Positions 48,326-57,968 of a stretch of DNA of 64,000 bases are shown here, in pieces. A model generated the notes under the pieces. That model searched no databases. It had not been told where the DNA came from and saw only the letters and a list, made by a program, of their open reading frames with translations. The position numbers were made by a program, and so were the translations under genes. The stretch's first letter is position 1, and each line of letters opens with the position of its first letter. Location of the stretch: assembly GCA_963667465.2 (NCBI GenBank), contig CAXXDN010000001.1, forward strand, positions 960,001 to 1,024,000, given 5' to 3'. The DNA is from Dehalococcoidia bacterium. GTDB lineage: Bacteria; Chloroflexota; Dehalococcoidia; UBA2979.

Positions 48326-49612
48326 ATGCGACTCGCCCTCGGCCCCGCAGGCGACCTCGTGCGCGGCAGGCTGTTCTACGGCTGGTACATCGCGCTCGCC
48401 GGCGCCTTCACCAGCTTCTTCACCTTCGGCGTCGTCGGCTTCGGCTTCGGCGTCTTCATCGAACCGATCCGCGAGGAAACCGGGTGGAGCCTCGCCGCGA
48501 TCTCGGTCGGCTTCTCGCTGCGCAGCTTCGAGCACGGGCTGCTCGCCCCGATTACCGGCGCGCTCGTCGACCGCCTTGGAGCGCGCCGGATGGCGATCAC
48601 CGGCGTGCTGATCGTTGGCGTTGGGCTGCTGCTCTTCTCGCAGGCGCGCGTGCTCTGGGTCTACTACATCGCGAGCCTCGTGATCGGCTCGGGCGAGAGC
48701 CTCGGCTCCTCTACGGCGTACTCGGCGTCGCTGATGCGCTGGTTCGACCGCAAGCGAGGGCAGGCGCTCGGGCTGCTCGCCTCGGCGCGCGGCGCGGGCT
48801 ACTTCATGGTGCCGGCGCTGGCGGTGCTGATCGGCGCCTTCGGCTGGCGCGCGACGCTGGTGATCGCCGCGTTCGTCATCGTGAGTGTCGCGCTGCCACT
48901 CTCGTTCGTGTTGCGCAACCGGCCGGAGCCATACGGCTACCGGCCGGACGGCGCACCGGCGCCGGCGACTGTGGACGCCTCGGCAGCCTCGGGCGCCGAC
49001 TCGCTGGGCGACGGCATGACGGTCGCCGAGGCGTTGCGCACGCCGGCGTTCTACCTGCTCGGCGCGGCCACGGCGATCGGCGGGGCGACGCAGATCAGCT
49101 GGATCGTGCACCAGGTGCCGCACCTCCAGAATGTCGGGTTCACGCTGCAAGGCGCCGCCCTGATCACCGGCGCGTACGGCCTGTTCCAGGTACCCCTGCG
49201 CTTCTTCTGCGGCTGGTTCGGCGACATCATCGGACGCCGCCGGCTGTACGTGATCGCCTACGTCCTGCAGAGCATCGGAATGCTGATCTTCGCCTGGCTC
49301 TCGCCGGATCGGATGTGGCTGCTGCCGGCCTACTTCCTCACCTTCCCGTTCGCGCACGCGGCCTGGGTGGCGATGTTCATGACGCTGGTCGCCGACTACT
49401 TCGGCACCCGCTACTTCGCCACGATCCGCGGGCTGACCTCTACGATGATGATGCCGCTCGGCTTCGCCACGCCGGTCATCGCCGGCTGGGCGTTCGACGA
49501 GCTGGGCAGCTACCGGCTCGTCTTCACCGTATACGCGCTGGTCACCCTGATCGGGGCCGTCCTGCTGCTGCTGATCCGCCGCCCGAGCTGGGCGCAGCTC
49601 ACCTCGCGCTGA
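48326..49612 (+). CDS. MFS transporter (OFA/MCT-like)
   Basis: FYGWYI, GALVDRLGAR, RWFDRKRG, ADYFG. Confidence 0.9.
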   Translation: MRLALGPAGDLVRGRLFYGWYIALAGAFTSFFTFGVVGFGFGVFIEPIREETGWSLAAISVGFSLRSFEHGLLAPITGALVDRLGARRMAITGVLIVGVGLLLFSQARVLWVYYIASLVIGSGESLGSSTAYSASLMRWFDRKRGQALGLLASARGAGYFMVPALAVLIGAFGWRATLVIAAFVIVSVALPLSFVLRNRPEPYGYRPDGAPAPATVDASAASGADSLGDGMTVAEALRTPAFYLLGAATAIGGATQISWIVHQVPHLQNVGFTLQGAALITGAYGLFQVPLRFFCGWFGDIIGRRRLYVIAYVLQSIGMLIFAWLSPDRMWLLPAYFLTFPFAHAAWVAMFMTLVADYFGTRYFATIRGLTSTMMMPLGFATPVIAGWAFDELGSYRLVFTVYALVTLIGAVLLLLIRRPSWAQLTSR

Positions 49613-49692
49613 CGCGGCTGTGGCGGCCCGTCGCTAGACTGGCCCCGCGGATCGCAGGAGTGCGCCCCGGGCGCGCGAGGAACGGAGCAAGC

Positions 49693-50502
49693 ATGACGGA
49701 CCAACGGCGCGTGCTGGTCACGGGGCTCGGTGGTGCGGTCGGCGGCGCGATCCGCCCCGCCCTCGAGGAGCGCTACGAGGTCGTCGCGCTCTCGCGCGGC
49801 GGCGTCGAGGGCGTGCCCCCGGAGCGAAACGTCCGCGCCGACATCGCCGTGCTGGAGGAGATCGCGCCCGCCTTCGAGGGCGTCGACACGGTCGTCCACC
49901 TCGCGGCCTACGGCGGGGTGAACTCGCCGCGCGGGATGTGGGAGGCGGCCTGGGAGGACATCCTCCGCAACAACATCGAAGGCACCCGCAACGTCTTCGA
50001 GGCCGCCGTCGCGGCGGGCGTGCGGCGTGTCGTCTTCGCCTCGAGCGGCGCGACCATGAGTGGCTACCAGAGTTCGTCGCCCTACGCCGAGATCACACGC
50101 GGGGAGTACGACCGCGTGCCCTCGGAGTGGCGGATGCTGCGCCCCAGCGACGAGCCGAGGCCATTGAACCTCTACGCGGTCTCCAAGCTGTTCGGCGAGG
50201 ATCTGGCGCGCCTCTATGTGGCGACGACCGACCTCTCGATCATCTGCCTGCGAATCGGCGCCTGTTCGCGGGACGGCCGGCCGCGCGAGGGCGATCCGTG
50301 GAACCAGGCGATCTTCGTCAGCCACCGCGACGTCACGGACCTGATCGTGCGCAGCATCGAGGCGCCCGAGGACGTGCGCTACGACATCTTCTTCGGCATC
50401 TCCAACAACCGCTGGCGGTTCCGCGATTTCAGCCACACCACCGAGGTGCTGGGTCACGTCCCGCAGGACGCCGCCGAGGACTTCCTCGGAGAACCTAACT
50501 GA
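49693..50502 (+). CDS. NAD-dependent epimerase/dehydrogenase (uronate dehydrogenase-like)
   Basis: Start MTDQRRVLVTG; VFASS, YAVSKLFGE, LRIG. Confidence 0.87.
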   Translation: MTDQRRVLVTGLGGAVGGAIRPALEERYEVVALSRGGVEGVPPERNVRADIAVLEEIAPAFEGVDTVVHLAAYGGVNSPRGMWEAAWEDILRNNIEGTRNVFEAAVAAGVRRVVFASSGATMSGYQSSSPYAEITRGEYDRVPSEWRMLRPSDEPRPLNLYAVSKLFGEDLARLYVATTDLSIICLRIGACSRDGRPREGDPWNQAIFVSHRDVTDLIVRSIEAPEDVRYDIFFGISNNRWRFRDFSHTTEVLGHVPQDAAEDFLGEPN

Positions 50503-50511
50503 GGGCGTCCC

Positions 50512-50517
50512 TATACT
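50512..50517 (+). promoter_or_regulatory. Putative -10 box TATACT
   Basis: Near-consensus hexamer upstream of the LLM gene. Confidence 0.35.
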
Positions 50518-50563
50518 CGCGACCTGAACTCGCCACTGCGTGCGAACCGGATCGGAGCGAGCG

Positions 50564-51871
50564 ATGAAATTCGGCATCTTCCTGGAGATCCAGCACCCCC
50601 GACCGTGGACACCGGGCAGCGAGCAGCAGCTCTTCCAGAACACGATCGAGCAGATCGAGCTCGCCGACGAGCTTGGCATCGACTACGTCTGGGAGGTCGA
50701 GCATCACTTCCTCGAGGAGTACTCGCACTCCTCCGCGCCCGAGATCGTGCTCGCGGCAGCGGCGCGCAACACGAAGCGGATCCGGCTCGGCCACGGCATC
50801 GTGGCGATGCCGCCCAACTACAACCACCCCGCCCGCGTCGCCGAGCGCATCGCCACGCTCGACCTCGTCTCCGGCGGCCGCGTCGAGTTCGGCACCGGCG
50901 AGACCGCCTCGCGCAGCGAGCTCGAGGGCTACGGCGTGCCGCTCGAGGACAAGCGGTCGATGTGGCTCGAGGCCACCGAGCAGGCGGCGAACATGCTCGC
51001 GCTCGACCCCTATCCGGGCTACCAGGGCGAGCACTTCTCGATGCCCTGCCGCAACGTGGTCCCGAAGGCCGTCCAGCGGCCCCACCCGCCGATGTGGATG
51101 GCCTGCTCCAACCGCGAGGCCGTGAAGCTTGCCGGCCGGCTCGGCCTCGGCGTGCTCTGCTTCTCCTTCCTCCCGCCCGGGGAGGTCGGTGCGTGGATCG
51201 ACGACTACTACGACGCGATCAAGACGGAGTGCGTCCCGATCGGCCATTTCGTCAACGCCAACTTCGCGATCGCGGAGCCGCTCTGCCTCGGTCACGATGG
51301 CGACGCCGCCTTCGAGCGCGCGCTGCCCAACCGGCTGTTCTTCAGCACCGGCGTCGCGCACTTCTACGTCGCCGGCCGCCACACGCCCGGCCGCACCAGC
51401 CTCTGGAACATCTTCGAGGACTCCCGCGAGCGCCTCGAGGCCGAGCACACGCGGCGTCGCCCGAGCTGCATCGGCACGCCCGAGGAGGCGAGCGAGGCGA
51501 TCCGCCTGCTGATCAAGGCCGGGGCCGACCAGGTGATGCTCGGCGCACAGGCCGGTCGCTCCACGCACGAGGAGATCTGCGACTCGCTGCGCCTCTTCGC
51601 CGAGGAGGTGATGCCGGAGTTCAAGTCCGATGCGGAGGAGGAGCGCCAGGCCCGCAAGCAGGAGGAGCTGGCCCCGTACATCGAGGCCGCGCTCGAACGC
51701 AAGGAGTGGATGCAGCCGCTCGCCGACGACGAGATCCCGAGCTTCGAGCCGTTCGAACGGGCAGTCGTCCAGGCCGGGCAGGCCGAGGTCAACCAGCTGG
51801 AGCCGGACTCCTTCCAGGCGCTCAGCAAGGACCTGATCACCCGCGCCGGCGTCGTCCCGGAGGAGCGATAG
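50564..51871 (+). CDS. LLM-class flavin-dependent oxidoreductase
   Basis: MKFGIF; VEHHFLEEYSHSSAPE, HPARVAERIATLD. Confidence 0.92.
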   Translation: MKFGIFLEIQHPRPWTPGSEQQLFQNTIEQIELADELGIDYVWEVEHHFLEEYSHSSAPEIVLAAAARNTKRIRLGHGIVAMPPNYNHPARVAERIATLDLVSGGRVEFGTGETASRSELEGYGVPLEDKRSMWLEATEQAANMLALDPYPGYQGEHFSMPCRNVVPKAVQRPHPPMWMACSNREAVKLAGRLGLGVLCFSFLPPGEVGAWIDDYYDAIKTECVPIGHFVNANFAIAEPLCLGHDGDAAFERALPNRLFFSTGVAHFYVAGRHTPGRTSLWNIFEDSRERLEAEHTRRRPSCIGTPEEASEAIRLLIKAGADQVMLGAQAGRSTHEEICDSLRLFAEEVMPEFKSDAEEERQARKQEELAPYIEAALERKEWMQPLADDEIPSFEPFERAVVQAGQAEVNQLEPDSFQALSKDLITRAGVVPEER

Positions 51872-51911
51872 CGCTTCGGCCTCCCTTCGCACCGGCTGCG
51901 GGCGCCCCCGC

Positions 51912-51917
51912 TATGAT
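51912..51917 (+). promoter_or_regulatory. Putative -10 box TATGAT
   Basis: Near-consensus hexamer upstream of the ADH gene. Confidence 0.35.
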
Positions 51918-51961
51918 GCGGCGGCAGCCTCGATGCTGCGTGCGCTGAAGGAGAGCGAATC

Positions 51962-53065
51962 GTGACCACCGGCCGCGTCGTCGTCGTCAAGGAGTACCGC
52001 CAGCCGTTCGTGATCGAGGAGTACGACTGCCCTGACCCGGAGCCGGGCGGACTGGTGCTGAAGATCACGCAGGCCGGGATCTGCGGCTCCGACCTCCATA
52101 CCTGGCGCGGCGACCAGGTGAACATCCCGCTGCCAGAGAGCGGCCGCGTGATGGGCCACGAGGGCACCGGCGTCGTCTACCAGCTCGGCAAGGGCACGAC
52201 GACGGATTCCAACGGCGTCCCGCTGCACGAGGGCGATCGCGTCATGTACTCGGCGATCAAGCCCTGTGGCAACTGTTACCAGTGCATGCGCGGCGAGCCC
52301 AACTGGTGCCCCTCCAGTCCCTACGCGGACGCCGGCGACTGGCCCTACTTCACCGGCACCTACGCCGACTACTACTGGATCCGCGCCAACCACCCCGTCT
52401 TCAAGGTGCCGGACGACCTGCCCGACTCCGTCCTCGGCTGGGTCAACTGCGCGATGGGCACGGTCACCGAGGGCCTGATGCGCGCCGGCGCCGCCGAGGG
52501 CGACTACGTGGTCATCCAGGGCGCGGGCGGCCTCGGCCTCAACGCCACGGCGATGGCGAAGGACATGGGCGCGCACCGCGTGATCGTCCTCGACCGCCTC
52601 GCCGACCGGCTCGAACTGGCCGAGGCGTTCGGCGCCGACTACACGATCAACATCACGGAGTACGACACGCCGGAGGCGCGGCTCGAGCGCGTCCTTGATC
52701 TCACCGACGGCCGCGGCGCCAACATCGCGATGGAGCTGGTCGGCAGGGCGGAGCTGCTGGTCGAGGGCGTCGGCTACCTCACCAACGGCGGCACGTTCAT
52801 CGAGATCGGCGACATCGTGCGCGGCCGCACGGTCGAGTTCGACCCCTCGACGATCCTGCGTGGCAAGAAGATCATGGGCTCGCTGATGTACCGGCCGCAC
52901 CTGCTGCCGCTGATGATGGAGACGCTGGTCAAGAACCAGGGCAAGGTGCCCTACGAGCGCATCGTCTCGAACGTGTACCCGCTCGACCAGGTCAACGCGG
53001 CCTTCGCCGAGGCGGAGTGGAACGAGCGCCAGACGGCCGTCTCGCGAGGCATGCTCGTGCCCTGA
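51962..53065 (+). CDS. Zinc-binding alcohol dehydrogenase
   Basis: CGSD, GHE, CGNCYQC..C, GAGGLG. Confidence 0.93.
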   Translation: MTTGRVVVVKEYRQPFVIEEYDCPDPEPGGLVLKITQAGICGSDLHTWRGDQVNIPLPESGRVMGHEGTGVVYQLGKGTTTDSNGVPLHEGDRVMYSAIKPCGNCYQCMRGEPNWCPSSPYADAGDWPYFTGTYADYYWIRANHPVFKVPDDLPDSVLGWVNCAMGTVTEGLMRAGAAEGDYVVIQGAGGLGLNATAMAKDMGAHRVIVLDRLADRLELAEAFGADYTINITEYDTPEARLERVLDLTDGRGANIAMELVGRAELLVEGVGYLTNGGTFIEIGDIVRGRTVEFDPSTILRGKKIMGSLMYRPHLLPLMMETLVKNQGKVPYERIVSNVYPLDQVNAAFAEAEWNERQTAVSRGMLVP

Positions 53066-53095
53066 TCTCGCGGTGTCCGGACCTGCTGCTGCGCG

Positions 53096-54154
53096 CTACG
53101 GGCGCAGGACGGGGATGACCTCCTCGGCGAAGAGCTGCATCTGGTCCCTCACGACCTCGTGCGGCATGCCCCCGTAGCTGATCTCGAACGACCACCCGCT
53201 CAGGCCGCACGCCTCGCCGAGTTCCGACATGCGCTCGATGCACTGCTGCGGCGTCCCGATCACGGTGCGCTGCAGGCGCATCTCCTCGATGTCCTTCCAC
53301 AGGCCCTCGCCGGACTGGTAGTAACGGTTCGCGTCACCCTCCAGGGACTTCCGTTCCCCGGTCCGTTCCTTCCCGGTGCTCCGGGTGAAGTTGAGGTAGT
53401 TGTAGAAGTACTGGTCCGCGCCCTCGAGCTGGCGCTCGTGCTCGACGATGCTCAGGTGGTACGTCCCGAGGATCTCGGCTGCGTCCGGGTCGTGTCCGGC
53501 GTTGGCCAGCTCCTCGCGGTAGATCTCCACGTACCCGCGCTGCCGCTCGGACGACTCGAGCAGGAACGGCGCGAGCAGCAGGTGGTAGCCGTTGCGGCCG
53601 GCCCAGCGGTAGGTCTCCGGCGTCGCCAGCGCGGAGACGTAGATCGGCGGCGTCGGCTGCTGTAACGGACGCGGCCGGAGCGTGTGCGTGTCGAACGACC
53701 AGTACTTGCCGTTGTGCACCACGCCGTCCTCGGTCCAGAGCCGGCGGATCACCTCCCACGCCTCCTCGAAGCGCTCGCGCGACTGCTCGGAGGGCACGCC
53801 GACGGTCTCGAAGTCGTACTCGTAGATGCCGCGGCCGATGCCGAAGTTGAGCCGCCCGCCCGAGAGCAGGTCGACCGTCGCCCAGTGCTCGGCGCTCAGC
53901 ACGGGGTGGCGCTGCGTGATCAGCGCGACGGCCGTGCCGATGCGGATCCGTTCCGTGCGATCGGCCATTGCCTGCAACACGACCGGTGTCGAGGGGAAGG
54001 CGTAGCCCGGGTAGCGGTGCTCGGCGATCCAGACCGAGTCGTAGCCGAGTTCGTCGGCCCACGCCCATTCGGAGAGCATCCGCTCGTACCAGTCGCGGTA
54101 CTCGCCGTGCAGGTCCGGGTAGTAGTCCGGGATGTAGCAGAAGCCAAATTGCAT
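53096..54154 (-). CDS. LLM-class flavin-dependent oxidoreductase
   Basis: WIAEH, IRIGTAV, SGGRLNFGIGRG, FAEEVIP. Confidence 0.92.
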   Translation of the reverse strand: MQFGFCYIPDYYPDLHGEYRDWYERMLSEWAWADELGYDSVWIAEHRYPGYAFPSTPVVLQAMADRTERIRIGTAVALITQRHPVLSAEHWATVDLLSGGRLNFGIGRGIYEYDFETVGVPSEQSRERFEEAWEVIRRLWTEDGVVHNGKYWSFDTHTLRPRPLQQPTPPIYVSALATPETYRWAGRNGYHLLLAPFLLESSERQRGYVEIYREELANAGHDPDAAEILGTYHLSIVEHERQLEGADQYFYNYLNFTRSTGKERTGERKSLEGDANRYYQSGEGLWKDIEEMRLQRTVIGTPQQCIERMSELGEACGLSGWSFEISYGGMPHEVVRDQMQLFAEEVIPVLRP

Positions 54155-54220
54155 CGCGGCACGCTCCCCTCGCGGCTATCGTAGCGGGCAACGTGGTCCA
54201 GTCGAGGAGGGCGGGCGCTG

Positions 54221-55093
54221 ATGCAGTTCTGGCAGTTCACCGGGTTCATGCCGGCGGAGCAGGTGCTCCCGCTCGCGCGGGCCTCCGAGCGTCTCGGCTT
54301 CGAGGGCATGGCGATCCCCGATCACCTCTTCTACCCGCGCGAGATCACCCCCGCCTACCCCGGCACCGCCGACGGCGTGCCGTTCTGGCGCCCCGACACG
54401 CACTGGCCCGATCCCTGGGCGCTTGCCTCCGCGGTGGGCGCGGCGACGACGACGCTGCGCTGCATGACCGCCGTCTACATCGCGCCCGCGCGCGACCTCT
54501 TCACCGTCGCCAAGTCGATCTCCACCGCCGCCGTGCTCACCGAGGGCCGCATCGTGGCCGGGCTCGGCGCGGGCTGGTGCCGCGAGGAGTTCGAGCAGAC
54601 CGGGCAGGCGTTCGCGGGCCGCGGCCGCCGCCTCGCCGAGATGATCGAGGTGCTGAGGCGCCTCTGGGCCGGCGGCTGGGTGGAGCACCACGGCGACTGG
54701 TTCGACTTCGACGCCCTGTCGATGGCGCCCGTCCCGCCCGCGCCCGTCCCGATCACCCTCGGAGGCCGTAGCGATGCCGCGATCCGGCGCGCTGCCCGGA
54801 TCGCCGACGGCTGGGTCGGCGGCGGGTTCCCGGCGGAAGAGCTGCCCGCCATCATCAGCCGCCTGCACGGACTCCTCGAAGAACACGGGCGCGACCCGGC
54901 CGACTTCGAGATCACCATCCAGCCCCGCGAATGGCCGACCGTCGAGGTGCTCGACGAGCTCGGCCGCGCCGGCCTCGACGGCATCCGTATCCCCGCCTGG
55001 GAGCCGGCCGGCGAGGACTCGCCCGTCGAGGCAAAGATCGAGGCTGTCGAGCGCTTCGCGGAGGAGGTCATGCGCCCGCTCAACGGCGGCTGA
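54221..55093 (+). CDS. LLM-class F420-dependent oxidoreductase (Rv2161c-like)
   Basis: PDH, GAGWCREEF, GGRSDAAIRRAARIADGW. Confidence 0.9.
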   Translation: MQFWQFTGFMPAEQVLPLARASERLGFEGMAIPDHLFYPREITPAYPGTADGVPFWRPDTHWPDPWALASAVGAATTTLRCMTAVYIAPARDLFTVAKSISTAAVLTEGRIVAGLGAGWCREEFEQTGQAFAGRGRRLAEMIEVLRRLWAGGWVEHHGDWFDFDALSMAPVPPAPVPITLGGRSDAAIRRAARIADGWVGGGFPAEELPAIISRLHGLLEEHGRDPADFEITIQPREWPTVEVLDELGRAGLDGIRIPAWEPAGEDSPVEAKIEAVERFAEEVMRPLNGG

Positions 55094-55199
55094 TCCCGGC
55101 CGGTCGTGCTCCTCGTCGCCTCGCGCCCCGCGGGTCCCCGATTCCGCGGCTGCTACCATCCGGCCCCGGCACAGGGCAGGGCGGCGGCAGGAGGCGACC

Positions 55200-56486
55200 A
55201 TGGGCGGACCACTCGAAGGCATTCGCGTGCTCGAGTTCACGCAGATCATCGCCGGACCGTTCTGCGGCGTCGCGCTCGCTGACTTCGGCGCGGACGTGGT
55301 GAAGCTGGAGCCGATCGACGGCGGGCCGTCGCGGATCCGCCGCAGCCCGATCCCGGGCGAGAACAAGACGTTCCACTCCCTCAATCGAGGGAAGCGCAGC
55401 ATCGCGATCGACCTCAAGCACGAGGCTGCGCAGCGCCTCATGCAGCGCCTCGTGCCGACCTTCGACGTGGTCGTCACGAACATGGGCTACGGCGCGGCGG
55501 CTCGCCTCGGCGTGGACTACGAGACGCTGCGCCGCTACCGGGAGGATCTGATCTACGCCGAGAACACCGGCTTCGGCGGCCACGGCCGCAACGCCAGCCG
55601 GGCCGGCTCCGACATCGTGGCGCAGGCCTACAGCGGGCTGATGGCCGCCGAGGTCAAGTGCGACGAGCTGGGCGGCCCCGAGCTGGTGCAGTGCACGGGC
55701 ATCGTCGACTACCCGGCCGGCATGGTCCTCGCGATGGGCGTCTGCGCGGCGCTTGTCCACCGCGCACGCACCGGCGAGGGGCAGCTCGTTCGCAGCTCCC
55801 TGCTCGCGACCGGCATGACGATGATGGGCCGCGAGATCGCCCGCTCGCCGATCTTCGATACCGTCACGCGCGACCCGATGATGGAACGCGTCAACGCCGT
55901 GCGGGAGCGCGGCGGCGACTACTGCGAGGTGGTCAACGAGCGCGGCGGCGTCTACGACCTGCTCGGCCCGCAGCTGCGCCTCTACTACGGCGGCTACGCC
56001 GTGCGCGACGGCGCGATCATCATCGGCGCCCTCAGCGACCGGAACCGCGCCCAGATCCGCACCCTGCTCGGCATCGAGGACGACCCGACCGAAGACCTGG
56101 AGTTCGATGTCCTCGACCCGGCGAACCTGCCGGCCATCAATCACACGCGCCGCAAGATTGCCGAGGCGTTCCGCACGCGCAGCGCGAACGAGTGGATCGC
56201 CGAGCTCGACAGCCTCGGCGTGCCCGCCTCGAAGGTCTATCTCCCCGAGGAGCTGGCCGACGACCCGGGCGTCCAGGAAGCCGGCATCATGCTCGATGTC
56301 GAGCACGAGTTGACCGGCCCGGAGCAGTTCGTCGGGGCGCTCGTCGAGATGTCTGCCTCACCGACTGGCTCGCCCCGTCCCTCGCCCCTGCACGGCCGCC
56401 ACACCAGCGAGGTGCTGGAGGAGGCGGGCCTCTCGGCCGAGGAGATCGATGGTCTGTATGAGCGAGGTGCGATCGCCTCGCAGTAG
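55200..56486 (+). CDS. CaiB/BaiF family CoA-transferase
   Basis: Start MGGPLEGIRVLEF; ADFGADVVKLEP, NRGKRS. Confidence 0.92.
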   Translation: MGGPLEGIRVLEFTQIIAGPFCGVALADFGADVVKLEPIDGGPSRIRRSPIPGENKTFHSLNRGKRSIAIDLKHEAAQRLMQRLVPTFDVVVTNMGYGAAARLGVDYETLRRYREDLIYAENTGFGGHGRNASRAGSDIVAQAYSGLMAAEVKCDELGGPELVQCTGIVDYPAGMVLAMGVCAALVHRARTGEGQLVRSSLLATGMTMMGREIARSPIFDTVTRDPMMERVNAVRERGGDYCEVVNERGGVYDLLGPQLRLYYGGYAVRDGAIIIGALSDRNRAQIRTLLGIEDDPTEDLEFDVLDPANLPAINHTRRKIAEAFRTRSANEWIAELDSLGVPASKVYLPEELADDPGVQEAGIMLDVEHELTGPEQFVGALVEMSASPTGSPRPSPLHGRHTSEVLEEAGLSAEEIDGLYERGAIASQ

Positions 56487-56509
56487 GCCCTGCCGGACAG
56501 GCGCTCGGG

Positions 56510-57862
56510 TTACGCCACGCGGCGCAACCTCGGGACGAAGGCGGCTACGCCGAGCGTGAAGACCGCGAGGCCGAACCCGAGCCCGCCGATCGCGGTCTGG
56601 ATCCCCGTCGCCTCGGCGATCAGTCCGACGAAGAACCCGCCGAACAGGACCATCGAGATCTGCGTCATGAAGATCGACATCACGCGCCCCCGATGGGAGT
56701 CGTCGACGTAGCTCTGGATGATCACCATCGCCATCGCCTGGCGGCCCGCGGTCCAGACGCCGACGACGAACATGAATAGCAGGCCGAGCCATACGACCGA
56801 GGTCGAGGCGAACACGGCGAGCGCGAGGCCGAGCAGGGCCGTGCTGCCGAGCAGCAGCACGCCGCGCCGCCGTGCCGGCAGCGACGCGATGACGAGCGTG
56901 GCGAGCAGGGAGCCGGCCCCGCTCACGGCGGCGAACCATGCCAGCTCGCCCGCGCCGCCGTCGAAGACGTCGGCGACGTAGCCGGGAAGCTGGACCATGT
57001 ACGGCATCGCGAGGATCGCGGTCACGAAGTTGAGGATCAGGATCCAGAAGATCACCCGCTGCCGGAAGGAGTAGCGCAGCCCCTCGATCAGATCGTTGAG
57101 ACCACCCGAGGCCCTGCCGGCGGGTGGTCCGGGCGCTGCGGGACCTCCCGCGGCGCCGGCGGGCCCGGATTGCAGCGCTCCGGGCTGGCGCGCGCGGACC
57201 GGGACGAGCATGAGCAGCGCCACGGCGTAGCAGCCCGCGATCGTGAGGTAGGCGGAGCCGGGCCCGATCAGCGCGATCACCCCGGCGGCCACCGCGGGGG
57301 CCACGAGGCGCATGAAGCTCATCCCGGCGGCGTTCAGCGAGACGGCGTTCATCAGCCGCTCCCTGCCCGCCACCTCGGGGACGATCGCCTGGCCCGCCGA
57401 GATCGTCAGCGCGAGCACGGCGCCCTGCACCAGCGCGATGATGAAGAGGTACTGCACGGTGAGCAGGTCGAGCAGCAGCAGGGTTCCAAGCAGGATCGCG
57501 AACCCCGCGTTCACCACGTGCCCGGCCTGCAGGATCCATTTCCTCGGTACGCGGTCGGCCAGGACACCGCCGAAGACCGAGAGCAGCAGCATCGGCACGG
57601 CGCTTGCGAGGCCGACGACGCCGATCGCCGCGAAGGAGCCCGTGAGGTCGTACGCCACGTAGCTGCGCATCAGGATCTGCATCTGGATCGCGGCCATCTG
57701 CCCGAGCGTGGACGCGAACAGCCAGCGGAACTCGACCTGCTTCAGCGAGTCGAAGGTGCGGAGGGAGAGCCGTCGGCCGCGGCGCGCCGGGGCGGGCGCG
57801 GCCGTGGCGGCCGGCCCACTGGGCGGCGAGGGCGGGGACGGCTGCGGACCGGCAGCGGTCAT
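56510..57862 (-). CDS. MFS transporter (DHA3-like)
   Basis: GGVLADRVPRK, LMNAVSLN, RGRVMS. Confidence 0.9.
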   Translation of the reverse strand: MTAAGPQPSPPSPPSGPAATAAPAPARRGRRLSLRTFDSLKQVEFRWLFASTLGQMAAIQMQILMRSYVAYDLTGSFAAIGVVGLASAVPMLLLSVFGGVLADRVPRKWILQAGHVVNAGFAILLGTLLLLDLLTVQYLFIIALVQGAVLALTISAGQAIVPEVAGRERLMNAVSLNAAGMSFMRLVAPAVAAGVIALIGPGSAYLTIAGCYAVALLMLVPVRARQPGALQSGPAGAAGGPAAPGPPAGRASGGLNDLIEGLRYSFRQRVIFWILILNFVTAILAMPYMVQLPGYVADVFDGGAGELAWFAAVSGAGSLLATLVIASLPARRRGVLLLGSTALLGLALAVFASTSVVWLGLLFMFVVGVWTAGRQAMAMVIIQSYVDDSHRGRVMSIFMTQISMVLFGGFFVGLIAEATGIQTAIGGLGFGLAVFTLGVAAFVPRLRRVA

Positions 57863-57968
57863 CGCCGGCAGCCCGCCCAACTGCAGGAGGCGAGCACAGC
57901 CGGCGCCCGCTCTTGCGTGTCCGAGTCTAGCAGCGGGCGGGCGCCTGACGGCGCGCCGCCGCCGCGTC

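Noticed and set aside
47062-50502. 1146-aa ORF in the track
   Set aside because: Only the last 269 aa (from 49693) are a real gene. The rest is a shadow frame over the lyase and MFS genes.
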